This document shows, piece after piece, positions 34,775 to 45,699 of a stretch of 64,000 bases of DNA. Below the pieces are notes generated by a model. The model ran no database searches, had not been told where the DNA came from, and worked only from the letters and a program-made list of their open reading frames with translations. This stretch comes from Basidiobolus meristosporus CBS 931.73. Taxonomy: Eukaryota > Fungi > Basidiobolomycota. The stretch is taken from positions 39,449 to 103,448 of the forward strand of contig MCFE01000283.1 of NCBI GenBank assembly GCA_002104905.1, in the 5' to 3' direction. A program made the translations under genes and the position numbers. How positions within the stretch are numbered: the first letter of the stretch is position 1; each line of letters begins with the position of its first letter.

Positions 34775-35353
34775 TCATTGAGTGTCTTCCATGGGCTCAG
34801 TATACTGTGGGTCCTGATTAGCACAGTTATCACCACATTGAACATCTACCATGGGCTCAGTGTACTGTGTATCTTGGTCAGAGCATCCTTCGATGCATTG
34901 GGTGTCCACTACTGGTGTGGAGTATGTCTCATCTTCTGCAGGCTGAATTATAACAGTAGGGTAGTCAGAGCCATCGTCTGAGTGCTCAGCACCCTTCTGT
35001 TTGGCATACTCGGATGCGCTGGCTGAACCTTCTACTTCGAGGCTAGGGCCTGCTTGAAACTGAACATCGAGACTCTTGTCACTGTTGGCGTTGGCAGTGT
35101 TCAGATTGTCATGCTTTCTGGTCACGGTGGTGAACACCTGACGCAACAGTGGCACTTGAACGTTTGACGTTTCAACAGTGGGCTGAACCTGGGATTGCTG
35201 GTAGCAGTTGCTTTCTTGGTCCGAGCATGAATACCTGCGATAACGGACTCTTCTATGCTCACGGTTGCATGATTCGGAGCATGGGACTGGAGCAGCAACG
35301 GCGGCTTGAAGAGAGGTAAGGCCCAAGATCAATGAAACAATGAATGCACGCAT
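34775..35353 (-). CDS. Family A secreted protein, 192 aa
   Basis: Intact paralog of 30263-30841. Confidence 0.85.
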   Translation of the reverse strand: MRAFIVSLILGLTSLQAAVAAPVPCSESCNREHRRVRYRRYSCSDQESNCYQQSQVQPTVETSNVQVPLLRQVFTTVTRKHDNLNTANANSDKSLDVQFQAGPSLEVEGSASASEYAKQKGAEHSDDGSDYPTVIIQPAEDETYSTPVVDTQCIEGCSDQDTQYTEPMVDVQCGDNCANQDPQYTEPMEDTQ

Positions 35354-35639
35354 CTTTGAGAACTACTGAGTTCATTGCTGAATTCACTCTGGAATATATA
35401 GCATGGGAGCCAGTATAATATGGTTTTAACATTGATGGCAGCAATAGTTAGTTAACTTTGATCAGATTGAAAATTTGCATTCTGTCTACCATCATCGCGT
35501 AGTTTGCATGATTACAGGAGGATAAATACACTGATAAATACACCAATAAATGCACATATGCTTTTGATATTCCAGCTGTAGTATAGTGATTTACGAATCA
35601 ATGCTGATGTTTCATTTTAATATAAGGTGGTCAAGTGAA

Positions 35640-36060
35640 ATGATGTTCATTGTGTCTATTTCCACTATAATATCCGAGCCGATCTCTTGTATTCCTTTCA
35701 GTATCTTGATCAGCGCATCCTTCAACGCATTGGGTGTCTACTACTGGTGTAGTGTATGTCTCATCTTGTGCAGGCTAAGTCACAACAATGGGAAATTAGA
35801 GTCATCGTCTGATTGCTCAGCACTCTTCAGTTTGGCGTACTCGGATGCGCTGGCTGAACCTTCTACTTCGAGGCTAGGGCCAGCTTGGTATTAAGACTCT
35901 TTTCCCTATCAGCGTTAGCAGTGCTCAGATTGCCATGTTTTTTGGTAACAGTGGTGAACACTTGACATAATAATGGCACTTGGACATTCGACGTTTCAAC
36001 AGTATGCAGAACTTGGACTTGCTGTTAACAGTCACTTGCTCGGTCGGGGCATTAGAAACT
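35640..36060 (-). pseudogene. Tiny family B 3' remnant (~35640-35692) fused to a family A' pseudogene (~35692-36060)
   Basis: B-like 3' end sequence is followed directly by A-like core sequence with stops. No start codon. Confidence 0.7.
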
Positions 36061-36757
36061 AGCAGTTGAAGTGCTGTGATAAATACACATTAATACCCTT
36101 AACAATCACTATTCTTACGGCTCTTCAGTTTCAGATCAACACAACTCGAAGATTCGTCTGCTACACTGGAAGATCACTTGGACAGAGGTGATGGTGAGTC
36201 ACATTTTTGCTAAGCTAAGCTGATTGGTGCAATGCATAATGCTACATCGTAAATTCAACTCAGTATACTATCGACTGAAGGCTGGTGAAGATATTAATTC
36301 AGTCATGATCCCATAACACTCACAAAGATTGTTACAGGTTGTTATATAACCAGAGTAGCCTAGCGTTCTACGACTATGAAATCAAGAACTACGTAAGAAT
36401 GAAGCCATTCCTGTGTGCTCACTTCAAGCCATAGCTTGAAAAGGCGTAGTATGAGTCATTTTGGCGAGTCCCTTCGCTACCGTGTTTGTCATTCCAAAGT
36501 GGTATGCCAAGCCCAGAATTGAAGACGAATGTTTATTTATTTTTCTTGATGTACTGAAGTGATTGGTCGCTTGGATTACGGTGTTAATCAGCTTTTACTC
36601 ATCGATCATTACAATGAAAATGAAATGCTGATTAACTTTACTCACCTTTGCTTCATAATTTAGTAAACTGGGTTTGGTTGCTGATGATCGCTGATGAATC
36701 TAGCAAACTATACATAAAAGAAACTGTTTGCCTTCCAGTGTGTCATCAAGAGCCAAC

Positions 36758-37192
36758 ATGCAACGCACTTTCCGCATTCTATCCGCCTTAGTATTCCTAT
36801 TCGGTGTATCTTATGCATCGCCCATTACAACGTACGGCAACCAGCAAATAGACCAGGGCATCCCAGTGGACTTTGGTGGCAACACCGACAATGAACCATC
36901 AATGTCATACACTCCAACATACTATCAACTAGAGTCCCCAAACGCCTATCCATTGTTGGACAATGTGAAGACGAATTCCGCACAGAACGCTCAGGCACTT
37001 TCCAACCAGAATCAGTACGACCAGGTGCAGCAAGTAGATCAAACATTGTACCAACCATCTGCGCCGACATTTGTGCAATCGTTTACTCCCGACGAGGATG
37101 ACGCTGAAGACTCGAGTGACGACGACGATCAGCCATCGTGTAAACGTTGTCAACGACGCTACCGTAGACGTAGATACAGAGACAGCTATTGA
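36758..37192 (+). CDS. Family C secreted protein, 144 aa, C/C' chimera at the 3' end
   Basis: Intact C core, but the ending RYRDSY* and the downstream flank match C' copies. Confidence 0.85.
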   Translation: MQRTFRILSALVFLFGVSYASPITTYGNQQIDQGIPVDFGGNTDNEPSMSYTPTYYQLESPNAYPLLDNVKTNSAQNAQALSNQNQYDQVQQVDQTLYQPSAPTFVQSFTPDEDDAEDSSDDDDQPSCKRCQRRYRRRRYRDSY

Positions 37193-37829
37193 TATGAATA
37201 GGTTTAATAAATAAGATAATGCAATATATAACCGACATCACTCCATCTTCCGACAATTAACACTAGGAAAAAATCACAAAAGAGACATGACCACAGGGAT
37301 AGGTGGAACAATGGCGAGTATCAACAGATGTTGAAGTAAGGGAAAGAGCCGATCAAGCACCAATTTTCACAATTACAATAAGAATGCATATTAGTTATGT
37401 GCTGGTAATGGTAGTGAGCAATAATTGGGCTTTGGTATTTCCTCACTCTGCTGATACCAATAAGTATGAGTCAAAAGTTCCAGATTATTGGATTTGACAC
37501 GCTCCGAGTTCTCCTTACATTATCATGTATTCTACCCTCTATAATAGCTGACTCTAGCTTGGAATGGCGATACACTCAAGGAGACCCGATTTGCATATTG
37601 ACTAAACCCATAAAAAACTTATTGAATAAGCTACCCATTACCTTCCAGCAGTACTTCAAGACGTTTCTTACCCTTCTCCTGGATTAGTCGCTGGACTTTG
37701 GGTCATCAGTTTGTCAAATACCCTTGTTTTCATGATGGTAACGACTATATTTCTGTTATCACGTAAAAGGCGAAAAACAAAATGAATAATGGAACTTTAT
37801 TGGATTTATGCTCAAGTGCAGTCGCTGGG

Positions 37830-38408
37830 TCATTGAGTGTCTTCCATGGACTCAGTATACTGTGAGTCCTGATTATCACAGTTGTCGCCACATTGAACAT
37901 CTTCCATGGGCTCAGAGTACTGTGTATCTTGGTCAGAGCATCCTTCGATGCATTGGGTGTCCACTACTGGTGTGGAGTATGTCTCATCTTGTGCAGGCTG
38001 AATTATAACAGTGGGGTAACCAGAGCCATCTTCGGAGTGCTCAGCACCCTTCTGTTTGGCATACTCTGATGCGCTGGCTGAACCTTCTACATCGAGGCTA
38101 GGGCCTGCCTGAAACTGAGCATCGAGACTCTTGTCACTGTTGGTGTTGGCAGTGTTCAGATTGTCATGCTTTCTGGTCACGGTGGTGAACACCTGACGCA
38201 ACAATGGCACTTGGACGTTTGGCGTTTCAACAGTGGGCTGAACCTGGACTTGCTGGTAGCAGTCGCTCGCTTGGTCCGAGCATGAATACCTGCGATAACG
38301 GACTCTTCTATGCTCACGGTTGCATGATTCAGAGCATGGGACTGGAGCAGCAACGGCGGCTTGAAGAGAGGCAAGGCCCAAGATCAAGGATACAATGAAT
38401 GTACGCAT
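37830..38408 (-). CDS. Family A secreted protein, 192 aa
   Basis: Intact paralog. Confidence 0.85.
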   Translation of the reverse strand: MRTFIVSLILGLASLQAAVAAPVPCSESCNREHRRVRYRRYSCSDQASDCYQQVQVQPTVETPNVQVPLLRQVFTTVTRKHDNLNTANTNSDKSLDAQFQAGPSLDVEGSASASEYAKQKGAEHSEDGSGYPTVIIQPAQDETYSTPVVDTQCIEGCSDQDTQYSEPMEDVQCGDNCDNQDSQYTESMEDTQ

Positions 38409-38740
38409 CTGTAAGAACTACTGAGTTCATTGCCAAGTACACTCGGGAATATATAGCATGGGAACCAGTATAACATGGTTACAACGTTGATGGTAGCAAT
38501 AGTTAGTTAACTTGGATGAACTCACACTTTGTCAGATTGAAAATTAGCATTCGCTCTACCATCATCGGCTCAATCGCATTGATATCGCGTACTTTATTTG
38601 GTTACAGCACGATAAATACACTGATAAATACACCAATATATACGCATATGCTTTTGATATTTCAGCAGTAGTGTGGTAATTCACGAACCACAGCTGATGA
38701 TGTTTCATATCAATATTAGGTGACCAAATGAAATGTTTAT

Positions 38741-39295
38741 TTATTCAATGTATCGATTCCCACTGAAATATCTGATCTTGAAGTACTTATGTGCCGACCT
38801 CTTGTACTTCTTCTGGCCTCCACCATAGCTACGGGTGGCTGGCTGAGTGATAATGATCTGAGGCTGTTGCTGCTTAGGCTGATAGAGGGTTTGGTCGATA
38901 ACCTGCGCTTGGTCAAACTGATCAGAGTTCGACAGAGCATCAGCATCACTGGATGAATGAGCGTTCACTCTGTCCAACAAGGCCTGTCTTGGTTGCAGGT
39001 CGGCTATATTGAAGTTGGGCATCTCGTAGGATGATTCTGGCTGAGTTGTAGTGCCATCCATTGAGTCCACACCTTCGCCTTCATCTTCACCCCCATTCTC
39101 ATCCATATAGTGATCACCCTCGTCCTGTTCCGGCTGATAGTCATCTGCAGGTGATTGAGTTTCTGGGTAGCAAGGACTTACTTGCTCCCCGCACAAATTG
39201 TCACCGTAGCTCACCTGAGAAGAGGTATCTTCTGTGGCAGGGAATGCATGGATATAAGCAAAGTACAAAGCGAGTAAAGTGAGAGTAAGCTGCAT
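38741..39295 (-). CDS. Family B secreted protein, 184 aa
   Basis: Intact paralog of 31177-31731. Confidence 0.85.
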   Translation of the reverse strand: MQLTLTLLALYFAYIHAFPATEDTSSQVSYGDNLCGEQVSPCYPETQSPADDYQPEQDEGDHYMDENGGEDEGEGVDSMDGTTTQPESSYEMPNFNIADLQPRQALLDRVNAHSSSDADALSNSDQFDQAQVIDQTLYQPKQQQPQIIITQPATRSYGGGQKKYKRSAHKYFKIRYFSGNRYIE

Positions 39296-39489
39296 TTTGA
39301 TGAATATCGTAAAACCAGTCGTAAGCTCACTTTATAGTGGTATTTGACATAGTCTACTATACTACACCCTGTATCAGACTCACTTGAGGCCAGGAATTCA
39401 CATGCTATGTCCTGCTTTTGTTGCCCATCAACTAACTACCTGGTTTAGCTATTAGCAATCAAGTTAGATTGGCGTTAAGAGCAAATGAT

Positions 39490-39815
39490 ATGGATAATCG
39501 AGATTTATTGAATTAAGTGCAGTTGTCGGTACGTTGAGTGTCGTCCATAAAGTCAGCATACAGTAAGTCCTGATTAGCACAGTCATTGCCAAACTGAGCA
39601 ACTTCCATGGGCTCAGTGTTTTGTATATCCTGATCAACGCATCCTTCAACGTACAATCGTACTTGGGCATTCGAAGTCTCTACAGTTGGCAGAACTCGGG
39701 CCTGCTGGTGGCAGTTACTTGCTCAATCGGAGCATGACGAACTACGATAATGATTTGGAGCGTGGAATTGGAGCAACAACGATGGCCAAAAGAAAAAGTA
39801 GCTACATCATTGAAG
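39490..39815 (-). pseudogene. Family A' remnant (unit 4)
   Basis: MM*LLFLLAIVVAPIP... start with stops and a large internal deletion. Confidence 0.65.
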
Positions 39816-40519
39816 ATTTGGAAAGCCACATGCTGATAGTCATAGTGATAGGTACACATTAATACCCTTAGCGATCACTATCCCTATGAATCTACGATCT
39901 CAAATCAACGCAACTCTAGGTTCATCTGCTGCAATAGAGATCGCTTGGATAGAGGTGATATATGAAGCCAGCAAAGTGATGGCGAGTTACATTTTTGCTA
40001 AGCGGACTTGAGGTGGTCGAAGCAATGCATAATGCTAAATCGTAAATATAGTTCAGTATACTATCGACTGATGGCCGGTGAAGATGTTAATTCGTTCATA
40101 ATCCCAACATACTCATAAAAATAGCTGCAGGGTACTATATAATCAGAGTAGCTTAGTAGCCTTCGACGATGAAATCGAGAACTACGCAAGAACGACGCGA
40201 TTCCTGTGTGCTCACCTCAAGCCATAGCTTGAAAAGGCGTAGTATGAGTCATTTTAGTTTGTCCCTTCCAAAGTGGTAGAGCAAGCCCAGAATTGAAGAC
40301 GAATGTTTATTTATTTTTCTTGATGTACTGAAGTGATTGGTCGCCGGGATTACGGTGTTAATCAACACCTATTCACTGATCATTGCAATGAAAGTGAAAT
40401 GCTGATTAACTTTACTCACCTTTGCTTCATAATTTAGTAAACTGGGTTTGGTTGCTGATGATCGCTGATGAATCTAGCAAAGCAACTGTTTGCCTTCCAG
40501 TGTGTCATCAGGAGCCAAC

Positions 40520-40954
40520 ATGCAACGCACTTTCCGCATTCTATCCGCCTTAGTATTCCTATTCGGTGTATCTTATGCATCACCCATTGCAACATATGAC
40601 AACCAGCAAGTAAGCCAGGGTATCCCAGTGGACTTTGGCGGCAATGCCGACAATGAACCATTAGTGTCATATGCACCAACATACTATCAACTAGAGTCCC
40701 CGAACGCCTATCCATTGTTGGACAACGCTCAGACTCATTCTGCACAGAACGCTCAGGCACTTTCCAACCAGAATCAATTTGAGCAAGTGCAGCAAGTAGA
40801 TCAGACATTATACCAACCATCTGCACCGACATATGTACAATCAATTACTCCCGACGAGGATGATACTCAAGACTCGAGTGACGACGACGATCAGCCATCG
40901 TGCAAACGTTGTCAACGACGCTACCGTAGAAGTAGATACAGCGGCCGCTTTTGA
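40520..40954 (+). CDS. Family C secreted protein, 144 aa
   Basis: Intact ORF. Tail CKRCQRRYRRSRYSGRF. Confidence 0.85.
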   Translation: MQRTFRILSALVFLFGVSYASPIATYDNQQVSQGIPVDFGGNADNEPLVSYAPTYYQLESPNAYPLLDNAQTHSAQNAQALSNQNQFEQVQQVDQTLYQPSAPTYVQSITPDEDDTQDSSDDDDQPSCKRCQRRYRRSRYSGRF

Positions 40955-41403
40955 CTCAATCGGATCATGTAAACATTGGTTTGGCATTCATAATAAATCC
41001 TGTCATATAATCGCTATTTGTGCATGCTATAAAACACGCACATTTCTTCTGCAAATAAGATTATAACAACTGATATCCGGAAGAAACAGCGGAGATGTGA
41101 CTACAGGGATGAGTGGAATGAGCATCAACCGAAATAACCAAACATAGATATGGATACGCAGTGCCTTTCGGTCAGGCATATTCGACGTTAAAACCTTTAT
41201 GCTCAGAACATCTGACAACTCCTCACATGACAATGTGAATTATTTTGGTTGTGTCCCCTCTGAATTGCGAATAATAACGAATAAGTTACTAAAATGGAAT
41301 AGTGGTGAGTAGTCGTGGATTGTTTGATGATTGGCCGCATAGAATAGCTTTTAACATAGGATTGATTTAACTCAAGTTAGTTCAATAATATAGTAAACTA
41401 AAC

Positions 41404-41515
41404 TTTGTATTCCTATTCAGTGTATCCTATGCATCACCCATTGCTACATATGGTAACCAACAAGTAGGCCCCAGTGGACTTTGGTGGCAGCACTGTGACT
41501 GAACCATCGATGTCA
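41404..41515 (+). pseudogene. Family C' fragment, unit 4
   Basis: Signal/N-terminal region only, truncated at ATCGATG. Confidence 0.65.
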
Positions 41516-42079
41516 CACCAGTTTCCCTATTCATGTAAGCTATCAAGTACACACAGTTCTTCTGTAAGCAAGCTTTCAAATATGGACACTAGGAAAAAAA
41601 GATACATAAGAGATGTGCCCACAGGGATGGGTGGAACAAACGAGTATCAACAGAGATCGAAGTAAGGGAAAGAGCCGATCAAGCGCTAATTTTCTTAATT
41701 ATAATTAGTGGTGCATATTATATGTGCACTCAGGATACCATGTTTTCTGGTAATGGTAGTGAGCAGTAGTTGGACTTTTTGAGATAGCGATACACTCTAG
41801 GATGCCCGATCTCCATATTGACTAAGCCCTCGTTGAGCATATCAAATAAGCCTCTCACTACCTTCAAGCAGTACTTCAAGACGTTTCTTACCCTTCTCCT
41901 GAATTGGTGACTGGACTTCGGATCATCAGAATGAAGTGTGGAAATTGGCTTGGTTTTTGGTTTGTCAAACGCTCTTTGCTCCCATGCTGTTAATGGCTAT
42001 ATTTCTGCTCACATATGAGGCGAAAAATAAAATGAATAATGGAACTTTATTGCATTTGGGCTCAAGTGCAGTCGTTGGG

Positions 42080-42658
42080 TCATTGAGTGTCTTCCATGGG
42101 CTCAGTATACTGTGGGTCCTGATTAGCACAGTTATCGCCACATTGAACATCTTCCATGGGCTCAGTGTACTGTGTATCTTGGTCAGAGCATCCTTCGATG
42201 CATTGGGTGTCCACTACTGGTGTGGAGTATGTCTCATCTTGCGCAGGCTGAACCATAACAATGGGGTAACCAGAGCCATCTTCGGAGTGTTCAGCACCCT
42301 TCTGTTTGGCGTACTCGGATGCGCTGGCTGAGCCTTCTACTTCGAGGCTAGGACCTGCTTGAAACTGAGCATTGAGACTCTTGTCACTGTTGGCGTTGGC
42401 AGTGTTCAGATTGTCATGCTTTCTGGTCACGGTGGTGAACACCTGACGCAACAATGGCACTTGGACGTTTGACGTTTCAACAGTGGGCTGAACCTGGACT
42501 TGCTGGTAGCAGTTGCTTTCTTGGTCCGAGCATGAATACCTGCGATAACGGACTCTTCTATGCTCACGGTTGCATGATTCGGAGCATGGGACTGGAGCAG
42601 CAACGGCGGCTTGAAGAGAGGCAAGGCCCAAGATCAAGGATACAATGAATGCACGCAT
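42080..42658 (-). CDS. Family A secreted protein, 192 aa
   Basis: Intact paralog. Confidence 0.85.
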   Translation of the reverse strand: MRAFIVSLILGLASLQAAVAAPVPCSESCNREHRRVRYRRYSCSDQESNCYQQVQVQPTVETSNVQVPLLRQVFTTVTRKHDNLNTANANSDKSLNAQFQAGPSLEVEGSASASEYAKQKGAEHSEDGSGYPIVMVQPAQDETYSTPVVDTQCIEGCSDQDTQYTEPMEDVQCGDNCANQDPQYTEPMEDTQ

Positions 42659-43006
42659 CTTTGAGAACTACTGAGTTCATTGCCAAGTACACTTGGGAAT
42701 ATATAGCATGGGAACCATTATAACATGGTTACAACGCTGATCGTAGCAATAGTTAGTTAACTTTGATGAACTCACACTTTATCAGATTGAAAATTAGCAT
42801 TCGCTCTGCCATCATCGGCTGAATCGCATTGATATCGCGTACTTTATTTGGTTACAACACGATAAATACACTGATAAATACACCAATATATACCCTAATA
42901 TATACACATATGCTTTTGATATTTCAGCAGTAGTGTGGTAATTCACGAATCACGGCTGATGATGTTTCATATTAATCTAAGGTGGCCAAATGTCATATTT
43001 ATTTAT

Positions 43007-43350
43007 TCAATGTATCTGTTCTTGAAGTACTTATGCGCAGATCTCTTGTACTTCTGGCGTCCAACATGGCTACGGGTGGCTGGCTGGGTGATGACGATCT
43101 AAGGGCTGTTGCTGCTCAGGCTGATAGAGGGTTCGGTCGATAACCTGCGCTTGGTCAAACTGATTGGAGTTCGACAGAGCATCAGCACCACTGGATGAGT
43201 GAGCGTTCACTCTGTCCAACAAGGCCTGTCTTGGTTGCCTATCGACTATATTGCAGTTTGGCATGTTGTAGGATGACTCTGGCTGAGCTGAAGTGTCTTC
43301 TATCGAGTCCTCACCTTCGCCTCCATCTTTGCCCTCATTCACATCCTTAT
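43007..43350 (-). pseudogene. Family B pseudogene, 5'-truncated and frameshifted
   Basis: The core ALSNSNQFDQAQVIDRTLYQP is present. Signal peptide missing, tail frameshifted. Confidence 0.8.
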
Positions 43351-44214
43351 AGTTGTGATAATTTTATGATGAATACACATTGATACCCTTGGCTATCACT
43401 ACTCTTATGGCTCTATAATTTCAACTCAACACAACCCCCGGTTAATGCTCCGACTTGAAGACTTATCTGGTGCAATAGAGGTCAATTGGGTAGAGGCGAT
43501 GTATGAAGTGATGGAGAGTTGCATTTTTGCTAAACCCACCTAAGGTGGTTGATGCAATGCATCGTAAATCTGGCTCAGTATACTATCGGCTGATGGCTGG
43601 TGAAGATATCCCAAAACACTCACAAAGATTGCTACAGGTTGCTATATAACCAGATTAGCTTAGCATTCTAAAACTATGAAATCAAGAACTACGTAAGACC
43701 GAAGCCATTCCTGTGTGCTCACCTCAAGCCATAGCTTGAAGAGGCGTAGTATGAGTTATTTTAGTTTGTCCCTTCCAAAGTGGTATAGCAAGATCAAAAT
43801 TGAAGAGGATTGTTTATTTATTTTTCTTGATGTCATAATAAATCCCATCACAAAATCGCTATATCTGTAGGCTATCCAACACATACAAACAAGATTACAC
43901 CAACTGATATCAGGAAGAAACAGCGTAGGACAAGCAATAAGAATACTTCTGTCAGGCATATTAGACGTCAAAACCTAATCATGGACATTCATGTAAACAC
44001 TCCCATGATTCATTTTCGTTTTGTTCCCACAAAATTACGAATAATAACAGATAAACTACTAAAATGGAATGGTGGTGAGCTATCGTGGTGAGCTATCGTG
44101 GTGAGCAATAGATGGAAGATTGTTGAGGCAATGAAGAACGTGGATCAATTGGCTGTGGATTGCTTGATGATTGGGCACCTCGAATAGCTATCAACATAGG
44201 ACTCAACTGTCATC

Positions 44215-44502
44215 AATTTCCGCCTCTTTTCTAATCACTTCATCCTATTCGGTGTGTATTTTGCCACACCCATAGCTACACATGACAACCAATAAGTAGA
44301 CCATGGGACTGAACCATCGATGCCATCCCTGGTTGGACAATGTTTAAACTAACTCCGCACAGAATGCTCAGGCACTTTCCAACCATCTACGCTGACATAT
44401 GTGCAATCATTTACTCCCGACAAGGATGAAAACCAAGACTCGATTGAAGATGACGATCAGACATCATGTTACCGTAGACGTAGATACAGAGACAGCTAAT
44501 GA
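44215..44502 (+). pseudogene. Family C' pseudogene, unit 5
   Basis: The same 49-nt core deletion plus further deletions and stops. Confidence 0.75.
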
Positions 44503-44859
44503 TATGAACAGGCCTAATACTATTGTGATCCCACTACAATAAATAGGTTCATGGATCATGTAGTCATTACTACTCCTATTCATGTAAGCAATTAGCAAGT
44601 AGAGCAGTCTCCGTACAATGCCATATATGCCGAAATTCTGGAGTCCATCGCTTCACAGCTCTCAGGAACTTGACCAGATATTGTATCAACTATCTGCGCC
44701 AGCTGACTTATCCATTTTGGCTACTCAGAAAGGTACTACTGGCTGATATTGCGGGACTGCTTTATTCTGCTCTAACCTTACTCTTGTTCCTGTGCTGGCA
44801 TGGATCATACTTCTGCTATTACATATTAAGCAAGCAATATATAATCAACGCAAATCTAA

Positions 44860-45110
44860 TGGCTTTAAGGTCATTCCACAGACTCAATATAGTGCTCATT
44901 TTGTTTAGCACACTCATTGCCATATTGGGCATCTTCCATGGGCTCTGTGAACTGTGTATCTTGGTTAGAGCATCCATCAATATAACAGGTGTCTTCATCT
45001 GCTATGGAGTATGTCCTATATTGCACAGGCTGATCCATAACAATGAGGAAATATTTGTCATACCTGGATGAACTGTCTTTACCTTCTTACTCAGGCCAGG
45101 GCATGCCTGG
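44860..45110 (-). pseudogene. Heavily eroded family A remnant at the array edge
   Basis: Aligns to 42100-42370, but the CpG positions are converted. Confidence 0.7.
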
Positions 45111-45699
45111 AACCTGACATCAGCTCTTCTGTTTATACCCAAGAGTTAAAGGCTGGGATCTGTATCCTTAGGCTCATAACTACCTACAATTGCCATATAA
45201 GTCTCTTATTTGTTGCAAACAACAATACTGCTCTCTATGCAGCTGAGATACATAGCCTCAGGCTGTGGCCTTCAGAGGTCTTCAGCCTGAGGCTTCAATA
45301 TGTCTATAGTCTGCAAGCACAAAACTCAGTGACTAAAAGATCCCAATGGAGACTGAATGTCAGTTTATAATTGATACACTAAGGGTATATATTAGCAATG
45401 CCATATACTCTCAGTCACTAAATGGTGGGGATGTTAAATCAAAAGGCTATGGACCTCTCAAGAACATGTTGATAGTCAGCCAGGGTGCCATGAGTACAAA
45501 GCAGAAAAACATCAGGTATTAGGAAGGGCACTACCCAAGTAGTAGCTGCACTGTGGTATTCACAAAGAAACAGGCAAAGAATAGTATTCAGAATCAATGA
45601 TACTGGCAGCAGTGAAGTTATGACAGAATAGTAAGCTAGGCCAAATAATCAAAGTTCTAGCTAATGCTTGGTGTATCCATACAAGTAGACATCCATCAC

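Larger units (their letters stand above)
25220..45110. repeat. Tandem array of six degenerate ~2.7-4.1 kb units, consensus A'(-) / C(+) / C'(+) / A(-) / B(-)
   Basis: Recurrent landmarks, e.g. CTGTGTGCTCACCTCAAGCCATAG at ~25738, 32440, 36410, 40203, 43710 and C start codons at 26056, 28716, 32784, 36758, 40520. Confidence 0.9.

Noticed and set aside
25958-42648. Recurrent antisense ORFs over the array genes (e.g. 28618-28911, 30610-30807, 30637-30831, 32851-33126, 34598-34981, 40434-40844, 41936-42331)
   Set aside because: They are shadows of A/B/C coding strands, repeated only because the unit is repeated. They lack consistent starts, ends and promoters, and lengths vary between copies.
25220-45110. 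CRISPR-like or prokaryotic operon interpretation of the repeated blocks
   Set aside because: Units are kilobase-scale gene duplications with TATA boxes, not short repeats with unique spacers. There are no cas genes or Shine-Dalgarno patterns.
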